Source: an archaeon (GTDB lineage: Archaea > Iainarchaeota > Iainarchaeia > Iainarchaeales > JAAZKV01). Taken from it: a stretch of DNA of 64,000 nucleotides. Location of the stretch: positions 64,491-128,490 of the forward strand of contig JBAZUY010000001.1 in the NCBI GenBank assembly GCA_041661245.1. Direction: 5' to 3'. Position numbers and translations under genes: made by a program. The notes under the pieces were generated by a model. That model made no database searches. It was not told the origin of the DNA and saw nothing but the letters and a program-made list of their open reading frames with translations. Below are positions 48,328-57,453 of the stretch, one piece after another; position 1 is the first letter of the stretch, and every line of letters begins with the position of its first letter.

Positions 48328-48756
48328 ATGAAATATCCCTCAAAAGTAATTAAAATTTCTTACGGCAAAGCACTAGTTGCAACAAAAGATTTACCTGCAG
48401 GGACAGTTGTTCAAAAATTTGAAGGAGAAATAATGACTTACAAAGAAGTTCCCGAGGATATGGTTTGCCATGCGATTTGCGTTGGAGAAGAAAACGAGGA
48501 TAAATGGGTTGTTTCAAAAACAGATGCAATTTATGCCAATCATGCATGCGAACCAAACTGCGAAGTTGGGGATGATTTAAACATCATAACCATAAAAGAA
48601 GTAAAAAAAGACGAAGAACTAACATTTGTTTACAATGAACTTAGTCCTGAAGAACGAGAAGCAGAGTTCTTGTGGGATAAAAAATGGGACTTTGAATGCA
48701 AATGCGGCAGTAAAAACTGCCAAGGAAACATTAACAAATACGTAAAAAGAAAATAA
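48328..48756 (+). CDS. SET-domain protein with post-SET cysteine motif
   Basis: YGKALVATKDLPAGTVVQKFEGEI, IYANHACEPNCEV, DEELTFVYNE, FECKCGSKNCQG (CxCx4C). Confidence 0.92.
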   Translation: MKYPSKVIKISYGKALVATKDLPAGTVVQKFEGEIMTYKEVPEDMVCHAICVGEENEDKWVVSKTDAIYANHACEPNCEVGDDLNIITIKEVKKDEELTFVYNELSPEEREAEFLWDKKWDFECKCGSKNCQGNINKYVKRK

Positions 48757-48806
48757 CTTTGTTAGATATATCAAACGCTATTTCTTTCACAAAAATATAA
48801 GAAAAA

Positions 48807-48890
48807 GCGCTGAGGCCGAGCGCAGGTTAAAACAACCTGTAGCACAGCTTCGAGGGAAGAACGACGTTTTGCGAGGTTTAAACATGCCCT
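48807..48890. ncRNA. Possible structured RNA or terminator region
   Basis: GCGCT-GAGGCCG-AGCGC and CAGGTT-AAAAC-AACCTG hairpins in a locally GC-rich stretch of an AT-rich convergent intergenic region; T-rich on the minus strand after the first hairpin. Confidence 0.3.
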
Positions 48891-48917
48891 AAGAATAATA
48901 CTCTCTTTGTCATATAT

Positions 48918-49262
48918 TTAATTGCTTCCTTTAACAAAATTTACTCCATCAAGAATCATTTTTGTTTTTCCAGTATCATCATAAGGCGACTTGTCTATTC
49001 TAAACTTTTTACCGATACCAACAAATTCAATGGACAAATTTCCATCAGCAATGACTACTTGCCCCCCAGAAACTTTTAAGGATGCAATTCCAGAATAACC
49101 ATCGTAACTTCCCGAACCATCTTCATGTATTGTTAAATACTGCCCGTCAGAAGAAGCCCAAACACCAGCATACTCCTTCAAATCATCTGTTAAAGGTTTA
49201 TATTCAATACATCCAATCGATAAACTTAGCAATATAATTAATACAAGAACTGCTATTTTCAT
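48918..49262 (-). CDS. Predicted lipoprotein/secreted small protein
   Basis: MKIAVLVLIILLSLSIGCIEYK lipobox-like start; beta-rich body. Confidence 0.7.
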   Translation of the reverse strand: MKIAVLVLIILLSLSIGCIEYKPLTDDLKEYAGVWASSDGQYLTIHEDGSGSYDGYSGIASLKVSGGQVVIADGNLSIEFVGIGKKFRIDKSPYDDTGKTKMILDGVNFVKGSN

Positions 49263-49290
49263 TTAAACCACATTCCCCTAACTTATTCAT

Positions 49291-50322
49291 TTACTTTGAA
49301 CAAAAAGGCATCCCAAAACTTTTATTAACAATCTGCCCACACAAATTTGTGTCATTTAAATTATAAGCTATATTACCATAACACATATCCCTAGTATCAC
49401 TATGTTCATTAGTTATTTTTTGGCAAATACTTGGATCCAGTTTTGTTTGAGCATACATATCGTAACATTCAAAATCAGTAGCCACACTTTTACACGGCTC
49501 AGGGTATATACACCAAGTTTCATTACGCATTTTTTCGCACAAAACAGTATTTGATTGTTTTATGGCTAAAGAAATTATGCAGTTATAATTATGAACCATA
49601 AGATCTTCAATTTGCTCACACTCCAAAATATTATTATCAAAAACAGCCGAACATGCTTGTTGTGAATCTTTATCAGTATATAGCTGGCACATAGCTTGAT
49701 CCAGTTCGCTTTTACCAACCAAACTATTTCTCAAGAAACTGTCGAGGCAATTTTTATGCAATATTTTTTCTTCTATTTTTGAGCACAATTCGAAAGAAGA
49801 CGTTGATTTTGCAATATTATCAAAACATAAATCCATACTTATTTGTTCAATCGAAGAAATTCCAGAATCTAAATCCATTGCAGAACACAAACTAGAATCT
49901 TTTTTTGCCACAGCAACCTTAAACAAACAAGTATTTCGCATACTTGGAGAAAGAACCTTATCACAATTATTTTCCAGTTTAGATAAAGAGAGTTGATAAT
50001 AACAATAATCACTTGATTTTGGGTTTTCTGTTATTGAGCTGCATAACTCAAGATTATTTGAATCAACCGCCACTCTTGCAATACAATTAGTTGAGTCGTT
50101 ATAAACTTTAGAACACAAAGAAACATCTTTGTTCTTAACAGCCAAGTAAGAATAGCACTCATCCTTAGTGTGTTTTTCATCTAAACCAGCAAAATCGGGT
50201 AATTGCTCACATTGAGCCACATTTAACGGTGGCCAAATCTTTACGCTACAACCAAATAGAAACAAACTTGCAACAACACAAACAACTACAAATAAAAGAT
50301 ACTTCGACTTAACCATGCTCAA
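49291..50322 (-). CDS. Cys-rich repeat predicted lipoprotein
   Basis: LLFVVVCVVASLFLFGCSV lipobox; recurrent units KNKDVSLCSKV, DSNNLELCSSI, AKKDSSLCSAM, LNDTNLCGQI. Confidence 0.75.
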   Translation of the reverse strand: MSMVKSKYLLFVVVCVVASLFLFGCSVKIWPPLNVAQCEQLPDFAGLDEKHTKDECYSYLAVKNKDVSLCSKVYNDSTNCIARVAVDSNNLELCSSITENPKSSDYCYYQLSLSKLENNCDKVLSPSMRNTCLFKVAVAKKDSSLCSAMDLDSGISSIEQISMDLCFDNIAKSTSSFELCSKIEEKILHKNCLDSFLRNSLVGKSELDQAMCQLYTDKDSQQACSAVFDNNILECEQIEDLMVHNYNCIISLAIKQSNTVLCEKMRNETWCIYPEPCKSVATDFECYDMYAQTKLDPSICQKITNEHSDTRDMCYGNIAYNLNDTNLCGQIVNKSFGMPFCSK

Positions 50323-50402
50323 ATAAAAGTCTTTGTTATTTAAATAACTAACTAAGTGGTTTCAGAATAAATAATAAACCCATAAAGATATTCTTTTTAA
50401 TA

Positions 50403-50486
50403 CGCTGAGGACGAGATTTGAACTCGCGCTCCCTTTCGGGAAATGGATTAGCAATCCATCGCATTGGGCCGCTCTGCCACCTCAGC
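50403..50486 (-). tRNA. tRNA-Ser, anticodon GCT
   Basis: Minus strand GCTGAGG...ATGGA-TTGCTAA-TCCAT...long variable arm...GAGTTCAAATCTC...CCTCAGC-G. Confidence 0.95.
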
Positions 50487-50605
50487 TGAATCTTTTTAAA
50501 ATACAAGTAACTGCTTTGCAGCAACTTAGAACTAAAGAATTTTCCAAGTAAAAGTATTAAAAAGCATGGCTGGAAGGTAAAATAACAAGTAAATATTTAA
50601 CTAAA

Positions 50606-53600
50606 TTATTGCCCCTCTATTGAAATAACTTTTGAAATTATTGGGCAAGTGAATGATTCAAACTCTCCGGGAGAAAGTTTCTTGTTGATATAGTAAGCTA
50701 TGTCTTGAGTAGGATCCATCGTGAACTCAATGTAATGTCCTTGAATAAGTCTAAATGGAATCATGGAATCTATTTCTGAAGAGGACAAATTCAAAGAATC
50801 AGGTAATTTTTCAATAATTTTCACTGATCGAGTTCCTTTTTTGAACGCTTTCATTACAACAACGTTCATTTTTGTTTTTGACTCAAGTACAAGAGTGGAA
50901 CGCACAAATGAAACATTTTGATTCAAAACTTTTGCTTCCTCTACCCCCATAGAACCCAAAACTGAAGAAAAAGTTTCAACAACTGCAGGAGTTGGTTTTT
51001 GTACTGCTTTGCTTGGAGAGGAAGAACTTTGAGGAGAAATTTGGGCAGGAGGAATAATGCTTTTTGCAACACCAACAGGAGGAACTGGGGGCAACACAGG
51101 TTTTGAAGGAACAGGATTTTGAGCAGGTTTTGCAAGCGAAGGATTTAATGGAGAAGGTTTCAGTTTCTTTGCAACCAAAACAAATGCCCCCACTAAAACA
51201 ACACAAAAAATTATTACAACCACTGAAATTATTAGAAGTAAATTACCCGTGTTTGCTGCAGTTTTCAAATCGGAAGGAGGAGAATTTTTGTCAACAAGAG
51301 GAATTGCTTTAGAAGTATTTGTGTCCTTAGGAACAACTGGTTTTTGATCAAAAAGTATTTTTGAAACAACAGGTGAATTAAAGTCACTGATTTTATTCAC
51401 ATCAATTTTTTGGTCAACAAAATAAGTAATACTATCTTTTGGAGAAATAGTGAACTCAATTACTGGATCTCTTTGCCTTACAACAAACTTCAACGGAGAA
51501 CTAATCAAATTAGCATCAATTGCAACACTCTTTGGAACAAACTCCACAACAGTAACTTCTTTTACATTTTTGTCAACAAATGAAAAATTAACCGTAACAA
51601 GAGTCCTTTCTTTTTTAACTCCATTAGAATCCCAAATTTCTAAATTAGAAAGTACTCTGGAGGAAGAAAATGAATTTGCAGTTTGGGAAACAACACTTAT
51701 TTCTACAGGAGTTAAAAGCTGCTGAATGAAAGTATTTTCCTTTACTCCAACAGGATATTGAATAATATTTTTAGCGGTCTCCTCAGTTACACTTCGCTTT
51801 GGTTCAATTAAACCCCCTCCCCCGCCTCCACCAGTATACCCTCCAACAGCAGTTGATGGAGAAGACACTCCGATTGAAAACTCCATATTATTATCTAACG
51901 CATAATCATTTTGGAAAGACCCAATAGAAACTGTAAAAGATTTCATTCCAGTAGAAGTAAGTTTTTGAGTATGCACGGAATAAATTGCACTTGAGTTCTG
52001 GGCTAAAACAACAGAAACCGAATCAAGCACCCCACCTAACGCAAGGCTCTCAAGAACAAGATTAGTACTTATTGCAGGCCCCAAATTTTCAACATTAACA
52101 TCAATCGGCTGGTTTGAATCAAGTAACGCAGGAGAATCAAAAAGTACCGCGGCAACTCTTACAGCATTACCATCAATAGTTATTGAAGAAAAATAATTAT
52201 TATCAAGCGAATTATAATCATTCGAAACAGGCTCTAAACTTGCAATTAACTCGTGAACACCGACTGTCGAAATACTTTTTGTAAAAGAAACATTTCTCAA
52301 ATTAACATCAGTACTAAACACCGCAATATTAGAGTCAACTACTGCCCCATCAACAAAAAGCAAAACATTCAAATCTTTATTAAGATCAACTCCAAAATTC
52401 CTTACATTAACATCCACCCGAAAAGGAGTATTTTTTAGAGCGTGATTTACATCGTACAGAGGCAAGAGACGAGAATAAGAAAAAGAAACTAGTTTAACAT
52501 TATTCCCATCAATAGCCACATACCTAAACGAAGAATTATTATCATTTACATTATAGTCAAAAGAATTCGGAAGCACTACAAAGTTGAAATCTGAATTATA
52601 ATCCAAAATAGTTCTTGAAAAACTAATTATTTTACTTTCCCCAGGAATAAAACTACTCAAGTTTGAGTCAATAATATTTTCATCCAAATACATCAGAGTA
52701 TTCAAATCAACTGTTTGAGTACCCGCATTCAAAACATTAACATCAAAAGTAACTAAATTCCCCAAATATGCAGAAGTGGATTCAATTGATGGCACAATAG
52801 AAACAAGTTTTGAATCAACTAGCTCAACTATAAAATTAAAATCAAACTGATTATCATTCTGTATTAATTCATTAACAAGAGGAAGAACGCCTACAGAAAG
52901 ATTCAATTCAGAATACACTCCAGCAGGCAAAACAAAGTCAAAGACTGCACGTCTAATGGAGTTTGAATCAATAAACAATACATTGGAATCAACAACAACT
53001 CCGTTAAGATATAATAAAACATTTACATCCTTGCTTGTGCCCAAAATATTTTGTATATTTGCATCAGCATAAATTACTTGATCTGTACTCTTCGAGTAAA
53101 CTTCCCCCAAAGCAGAACCATCTAATGTAATTAATCTCGCGCCAAGAACAGCAACATTATTTCCATCAACTGAAAGAGAAAAGGACAAATTATTATCTTC
53201 AGGCCAATAATCTATTAGAGGCGAAGATAAACTCAATAACAAATTTTTATCACCCGCTGAATCAAACACTGTGTTGAGCCGATATGTGCTATTTGAGAAC
53301 GCAGGCAGAGAGAAAGTATTTTGACCCCCCAACTTAACAGAACCATTAAACAAAGTTAAGTTAAAATCCTGAGTCAAATTTGTATCATTAGTTAAATTCA
53401 CATCAAAGAAAAAGTTTTCATCAACTAACGCAAGAGAACTTTTTTTGGAAACGGAATCAATTCTGGAGTTAAATGGTTTTCCTGAAAAGGATAACGCAAA
53501 GTTCTCATCAGTAAATCCATTCGCAAAAGGACTAACTTGGGAAGAAACTCTTACCGCATAAACTCCACTCAAAGGAGCCCTAACTTGTTCAACATTATCA

Positions 53601-55093
53601 ATTAATGAAACAGAGGAAGAAACAACTAAACCGTTTCTGTCAAGCAAATTCAAATCAAGATTTGTTAAAGAAGAACATACCGCACTAATATCACAAAACC
53701 TGTCCCACACCAAAGATACTTTTTCATTTGCGTCCAAATAGGAATAAAATATTAAAGAATTATTTTTGTCAATTGATTTGAAAAGAGTTTTATTACCATC
53801 AATAAATGCTTTATTTAAATCCAAATACCCCCAACCAGAGTACTTATCCCACCCTTGAGCATTAATATCCGTGGCACTATTAATCAAAAGCGCTTTTGAC
53901 TCAAGCCAATTTAAATTAAACCCATCAGTGACTAAAGCAACTGCCCCCGTAACATGCGGCGCAGCCATACTTGTGCCCCCCATTGTTGCAGAAGAGGAAT
54001 TACTAAGAAAATACGCGGAAGCAATTGGATTTCCAGGAGCAGCAATATCTGGTTTTTTTCTTCCATCAAAAGTTGGACCCCTGCTTGAAAAAGAAGAAAT
54101 AGAATCATCCGCTCTTGTAACACTACTATTTGTGTCCATGGACGCAACAGCAATTACATTATAAGTGTCTGAAGGAATTGCAAGAGAGTTTCCATCATCC
54201 AAACAAGCATAATCTGATCCTCCAGGGCCACTATTTCCTGCCGCAAAAACTAATACTTTTTTATAAAAAACAGCTAACGCATCAACGTACCTGGATTCTC
54301 CGGAGTTCCCATCCGATACTGCAAAACCCCCACAATTTTCATTAGGTGTACCCCAAGAACTATTTGCAACATCCGCAGGATAGTTTCGATCCAAGGCAAA
54401 ACAATTTTGAAGATTATCAAGCAAACAATCAACGTCGGGATTTTCAGTAAACCCTTTTCCGTTAATTAAGTGAGTTGTCCCATAGGATACTCCGTGAGAA
54501 ATTAATCCAAAAGCATTCCCCGTCGCAATTCCTGCAACATGAGTACCATGCCCATCAAAATCCGCAGACCCGTAAATATTACAATCAAGATTCTCAATTG
54601 TTTTTCCAGAAAATGCAAAATGCGTAGTTCGTATTCCAGTATCAATAATACAAACACTTGAAGTTGAACCTGTTAAGGAGTTATTATAAAAAGTTGAAGC
54701 ATTAGTTGAAGGAACAGAATATTCTAAGAAAGGAATTGCATGATTAATTGAAAACCCACTTACGGAATCACTCAAAATTAAGTTTACTGCATTACTTTTT
54801 GTTGTAGTAACACTATACAATTTACCGCCAAGAAGTTTATTTGCCCATCCTACGCCGCCCAAAAATTGTTCAACCGAACCAGACCCGCTTGATTCAACAA
54901 GAAAGGAAACTAATTCATCAGAAGAAGGAGAAGAAGCAATTGCTAGCGAGCTCATGGATTTATTTTGCACAGGAACTAAGGAATAATAACCCTTTTTTTC
55001 TTGAGGAGTCATGTTTTCAATTGAAACCGAAAAGGCAAATCCAGAGAAGAACAAAATAGAGAATATTATTAATCCAATAAGAGCAGTTCTCAT
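50606..55093 (-). CDS. Secreted subtilisin-like (S8) serine protease with CARDB-type repeats, TM segment and duplicated terminal domain
   Basis: Signal peptide; CIIDTGIRTTH-like (VCIIDTGIRTTHFAF), GHGTHVAGIATG, MGGTSMAAPHVTGAVALV; repeated beta domains; TM LLLIISVVVIIFCVVLVGAFVLVAKK. Confidence 0.95.
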   Translation of the reverse strand: MRTALIGLIIFSILFFSGFAFSVSIENMTPQEKKGYYSLVPVQNKSMSSLAIASSPSSDELVSFLVESSGSGSVEQFLGGVGWANKLLGGKLYSVTTTKSNAVNLILSDSVSGFSINHAIPFLEYSVPSTNASTFYNNSLTGSTSSVCIIDTGIRTTHFAFSGKTIENLDCNIYGSADFDGHGTHVAGIATGNAFGLISHGVSYGTTHLINGKGFTENPDVDCLLDNLQNCFALDRNYPADVANSSWGTPNENCGGFAVSDGNSGESRYVDALAVFYKKVLVFAAGNSGPGGSDYACLDDGNSLAIPSDTYNVIAVASMDTNSSVTRADDSISSFSSRGPTFDGRKKPDIAAPGNPIASAYFLSNSSSATMGGTSMAAPHVTGAVALVTDGFNLNWLESKALLINSATDINAQGWDKYSGWGYLDLNKAFIDGNKTLFKSIDKNNSLIFYSYLDANEKVSLVWDRFCDISAVCSSLTNLDLNLLDRNGLVVSSSVSLIDNVEQVRAPLSGVYAVRVSSQVSPFANGFTDENFALSFSGKPFNSRIDSVSKKSSLALVDENFFFDVNLTNDTNLTQDFNLTLFNGSVKLGGQNTFSLPAFSNSTYRLNTVFDSAGDKNLLLSLSSPLIDYWPEDNNLSFSLSVDGNNVAVLGARLITLDGSALGEVYSKSTDQVIYADANIQNILGTSKDVNVLLYLNGVVVDSNVLFIDSNSIRRAVFDFVLPAGVYSELNLSVGVLPLVNELIQNDNQFDFNFIVELVDSKLVSIVPSIESTSAYLGNLVTFDVNVLNAGTQTVDLNTLMYLDENIIDSNLSSFIPGESKIISFSRTILDYNSDFNFVVLPNSFDYNVNDNNSSFRYVAIDGNNVKLVSFSYSRLLPLYDVNHALKNTPFRVDVNVRNFGVDLNKDLNVLLFVDGAVVDSNIAVFSTDVNLRNVSFTKSISTVGVHELIASLEPVSNDYNSLDNNYFSSITIDGNAVRVAAVLFDSPALLDSNQPIDVNVENLGPAISTNLVLESLALGGVLDSVSVVLAQNSSAIYSVHTQKLTSTGMKSFTVSIGSFQNDYALDNNMEFSIGVSSPSTAVGGYTGGGGGGGLIEPKRSVTEETAKNIIQYPVGVKENTFIQQLLTPVEISVVSQTANSFSSSRVLSNLEIWDSNGVKKERTLVTVNFSFVDKNVKEVTVVEFVPKSVAIDANLISSPLKFVVRQRDPVIEFTISPKDSITYFVDQKIDVNKISDFNSPVVSKILFDQKPVVPKDTNTSKAIPLVDKNSPPSDLKTAANTGNLLLIISVVVIIFCVVLVGAFVLVAKKLKPSPLNPSLAKPAQNPVPSKPVLPPVPPVGVAKSIIPPAQISPQSSSSPSKAVQKPTPAVVETFSSVLGSMGVEEAKVLNQNVSFVRSTLVLESKTKMNVVVMKAFKKGTRSVKIIEKLPDSLNLSSSEIDSMIPFRLIQGHYIEFTMDPTQDIAYYINKKLSPGEFESFTCPIISKVISIEGQ

Positions 55094-55194
55094 GCTTATT
55101 ATTTGGTTAAAAGCCTTATTAAACTTTTTACCCCAACAAGCGAATCATTAAAAATCTAGTTTTTATACTAATTGTGTAGAAAATACAGTATTGA

Positions 55195-56841
55195 TTGATT
55201 ATGTTTTGGGACAAAGTAAACAATTATTCAAAGCCATTACGGCTCTCAATACTTGAAGGAATGTTTGCTTCACTAATGTTTGGTGGAGGAATGATCTTTA
55301 TTGTTCCTTTTGCAGTATATTTAGGCGCAAATAGTTTTGAAATTGGATTAATTGCAGCACTCCCAGCACTTCTCGCTGCATGGTTTCAATTAGGCACTCT
55401 TGAATTTCTCAAAGTATTCAAAAATAGAAAAAACACAATTATTCCCGCGGTATTTCTTCAATCAATAAGTTGGTTACTAATCGCATTAATTCCATTCATC
55501 TTTCCAACAGACCAAATATTTTGGCTCATCGTAATAACCACCATCGGAACATTAGCTGGATCAATTGGCACTCCTTTGTGGCAAAGCTGGATGAGAAGTT
55601 TAACAGCAACTGAACTAATTGGAGAATATTTTGGAATAAGAAATGCTATCACTGGTGCGATTGTTTTTCTTACAATGCTAGGTTGCGGTTTATTGCTAAA
55701 ATTATTTGAACCAAGTCTGACTTTGTATGCATTTGTTGCAATATTTTTGATTTCATTTATTGGAAGACTTGCATCGTCCATTACTTTCACAAAAATGGAA
55801 GACCCTTGCTGCGAAATAGATGGCACTGAAAAAATATGGCTATTTGATTTCATTAAAGAACTAAGAACAAATAATTTTGGATACTTTGTACTTTTTGGAA
55901 CACTAATGACATTTGCAATATCTTTAGTCGGACCATTCTTTTCACTTTACTTACTGGATAACTTAGCACTGAAATTTGATTATTTTACATACACGATAAT
56001 CATTTGCTCTTCGGCAGTGGCTTCACTAATCTCTATGCCCTATTGGGGAAAAATTATTGACAAATATGGGACTATTAAAACCCTGAAAGCAACTGGACTC
56101 CTTGCAAGCATTTATCCATTAGCACTAATACTAATACATGACCCTTTAGGTTTAACTATTGCGGAATTTTTAAGTGGAATAATATTCAGCGGATTCAATC
56201 TTTGTTTAGCAAGTTTCATTTATGAATCATTCAAAGCAGAAAAAATCATAAAATACGCGAGTTACCAAGCAGCGCTATTTGGAACCGCAACATTTTTTGG
56301 AATAATGCTTAGCGGGTACGTACAAACATTTAACGTTTCTTTTCCAATACTTACAAACACATTTTACATTATCTGCCTTGTGGCAGTTGTGCTAAGACTA
56401 ACTATTTACTCCGCACTCGTTAACAAAATTAAAGATGTTCGTGAAACAAAGCCAATCCAAGAGGACCAGCTCGTTATTGGAGTACTAACATTTGAACCAG
56501 TAAGAGAAACACTATACACAAGTGCATCATTATTATTAGCTACTACTGAACGAGAATTTAATACTACAATTAGAACAATGGAAATCATCAAGGACAAAGG
56601 CGGAAAAGAATTGAAAGAAGGCGCAATTATTGTTGGCAGAATAGGAGTTAATGGGACAAGAAGGATTGTTAAAACTGCAAAACAAGCTGAAGAATTCGCA
56701 GTAGGCGAAATAGAACGAGTAGAAGATATTACACTCACAGGACTTGAAAAAGCTGAAGAAATTACTGTTAAAGGATTAAAGAAAGCAAAGAACCGAATCA
56801 TTAGAGAAAAAGAAAAAAGAAGAGCAAAAGGATTTATCTAA
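55195..56841 (+). CDS. MFS-like transporter with C-terminal soluble extension
   Basis: About 12 hydrophobic segments followed by a charged helical tail AKQAEEFAVGEIERVEDITLTGLEKAEEITVKGLKKAKN. Confidence 0.85.
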   Translation: MIMFWDKVNNYSKPLRLSILEGMFASLMFGGGMIFIVPFAVYLGANSFEIGLIAALPALLAAWFQLGTLEFLKVFKNRKNTIIPAVFLQSISWLLIALIPFIFPTDQIFWLIVITTIGTLAGSIGTPLWQSWMRSLTATELIGEYFGIRNAITGAIVFLTMLGCGLLLKLFEPSLTLYAFVAIFLISFIGRLASSITFTKMEDPCCEIDGTEKIWLFDFIKELRTNNFGYFVLFGTLMTFAISLVGPFFSLYLLDNLALKFDYFTYTIIICSSAVASLISMPYWGKIIDKYGTIKTLKATGLLASIYPLALILIHDPLGLTIAEFLSGIIFSGFNLCLASFIYESFKAEKIIKYASYQAALFGTATFFGIMLSGYVQTFNVSFPILTNTFYIICLVAVVLRLTIYSALVNKIKDVRETKPIQEDQLVIGVLTFEPVRETLYTSASLLLATTEREFNTTIRTMEIIKDKGGKELKEGAIIVGRIGVNGTRRIVKTAKQAEEFAVGEIERVEDITLTGLEKAEEITVKGLKKAKNRIIREKEKRRAKGFI

Positions 56842-56935
56842 TCCTTTTACAAGCAAAAGGATTTATCTAATCCTTTTACAAGCAAAAGGACATAGCAATC
56901 CTTTTACAAGCAAAAGGATTTATCTAACCCTTTTT
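56825..56935 (+). repeat. Tandem 28-29 nt repeat, each copy forming an AATCCTTTT/AAAAGGATT hairpin
   Basis: CAAAAGGATTTATCTAATCCTTTTACAAG x2, one diverged copy CAAAAGGACATAGCAATCCTTTTACAAG, then partial CAAAAGGATTTATCTAACCCTTTTT; overlaps the 3' end of the MFS gene. Confidence 0.92.
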
Positions 56936-56974
56936 AAAAACTAAAACTAATTAGAAACTAATTTGTCAAAAACT

Positions 56975-57367
56975 TTATCTTGGCAAGAAAGTTAATTTCA
57001 AAGTGAACCCTTGACCAGCAATCGCTTTAACAACAGTTCCTGAAATTGGTTTTCTTCCTTCAGTAAAAACATGCAAAGAACCCCAAAGGTCTCCCCCACC
57101 CAACTTGAAGTGGCCAGAAGCACGCATTATTTTAGTATTAGCAAAATCAATTTTCTTAAACTTACTTCCTTCCATTGCATTAACTGTTCCTGAAGTAAGT
57201 ACTCCATCAACATCAACAACATCACATTCAGAAATATTATTCATTTCCATTCCTTGTTTAATGCAAGAAACAATATTGTCCCCCTCATCAAATGACAAAG
57301 TCAAGAACTGTTTCTTGATTGGCTCCTTAATTACTATTGAATCAATACTTTTTGGCATAAACATCAC
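56975..57367 (-). CDS. PPC/DUF296-domain protein
   Basis: FLTLSFDEGDNIVSCIKQGMEMNNI...ASGHFKLGGGDLWGSLHVFTEGRKPISGTV. Confidence 0.8.
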   Translation of the reverse strand: MMFMPKSIDSIVIKEPIKKQFLTLSFDEGDNIVSCIKQGMEMNNISECDVVDVDGVLTSGTVNAMEGSKFKKIDFANTKIMRASGHFKLGGGDLWGSLHVFTEGRKPISGTVVKAIAGQGFTLKLTFLPR

Positions 57368-57453
57368 CGATTTCTACTTACGTATACTCTTGCACATAGT
57401 GAAACACAATCGATTTTTAAGGATTGGGTTTGAAGAAAAAGCGAGTCAAGACA

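Noticed and set aside
48807-48890. tRNA gene
   Set aside because: No anticodon arm with a 7-nt loop and no GGTTCRANYCC T arm could be found on either strand.
50941-52438. Antisense ORFs opposite the S8 protease (for example 51064-51312, 51450-51725)
   Set aside because: Low-complexity shadow translations of a long strong coding frame, with no recognisable domains.
56825-56935. CRISPR array
   Set aside because: Copies are directly tandem with no unique spacers, each is a self-complementary hairpin, and no cas genes are nearby.
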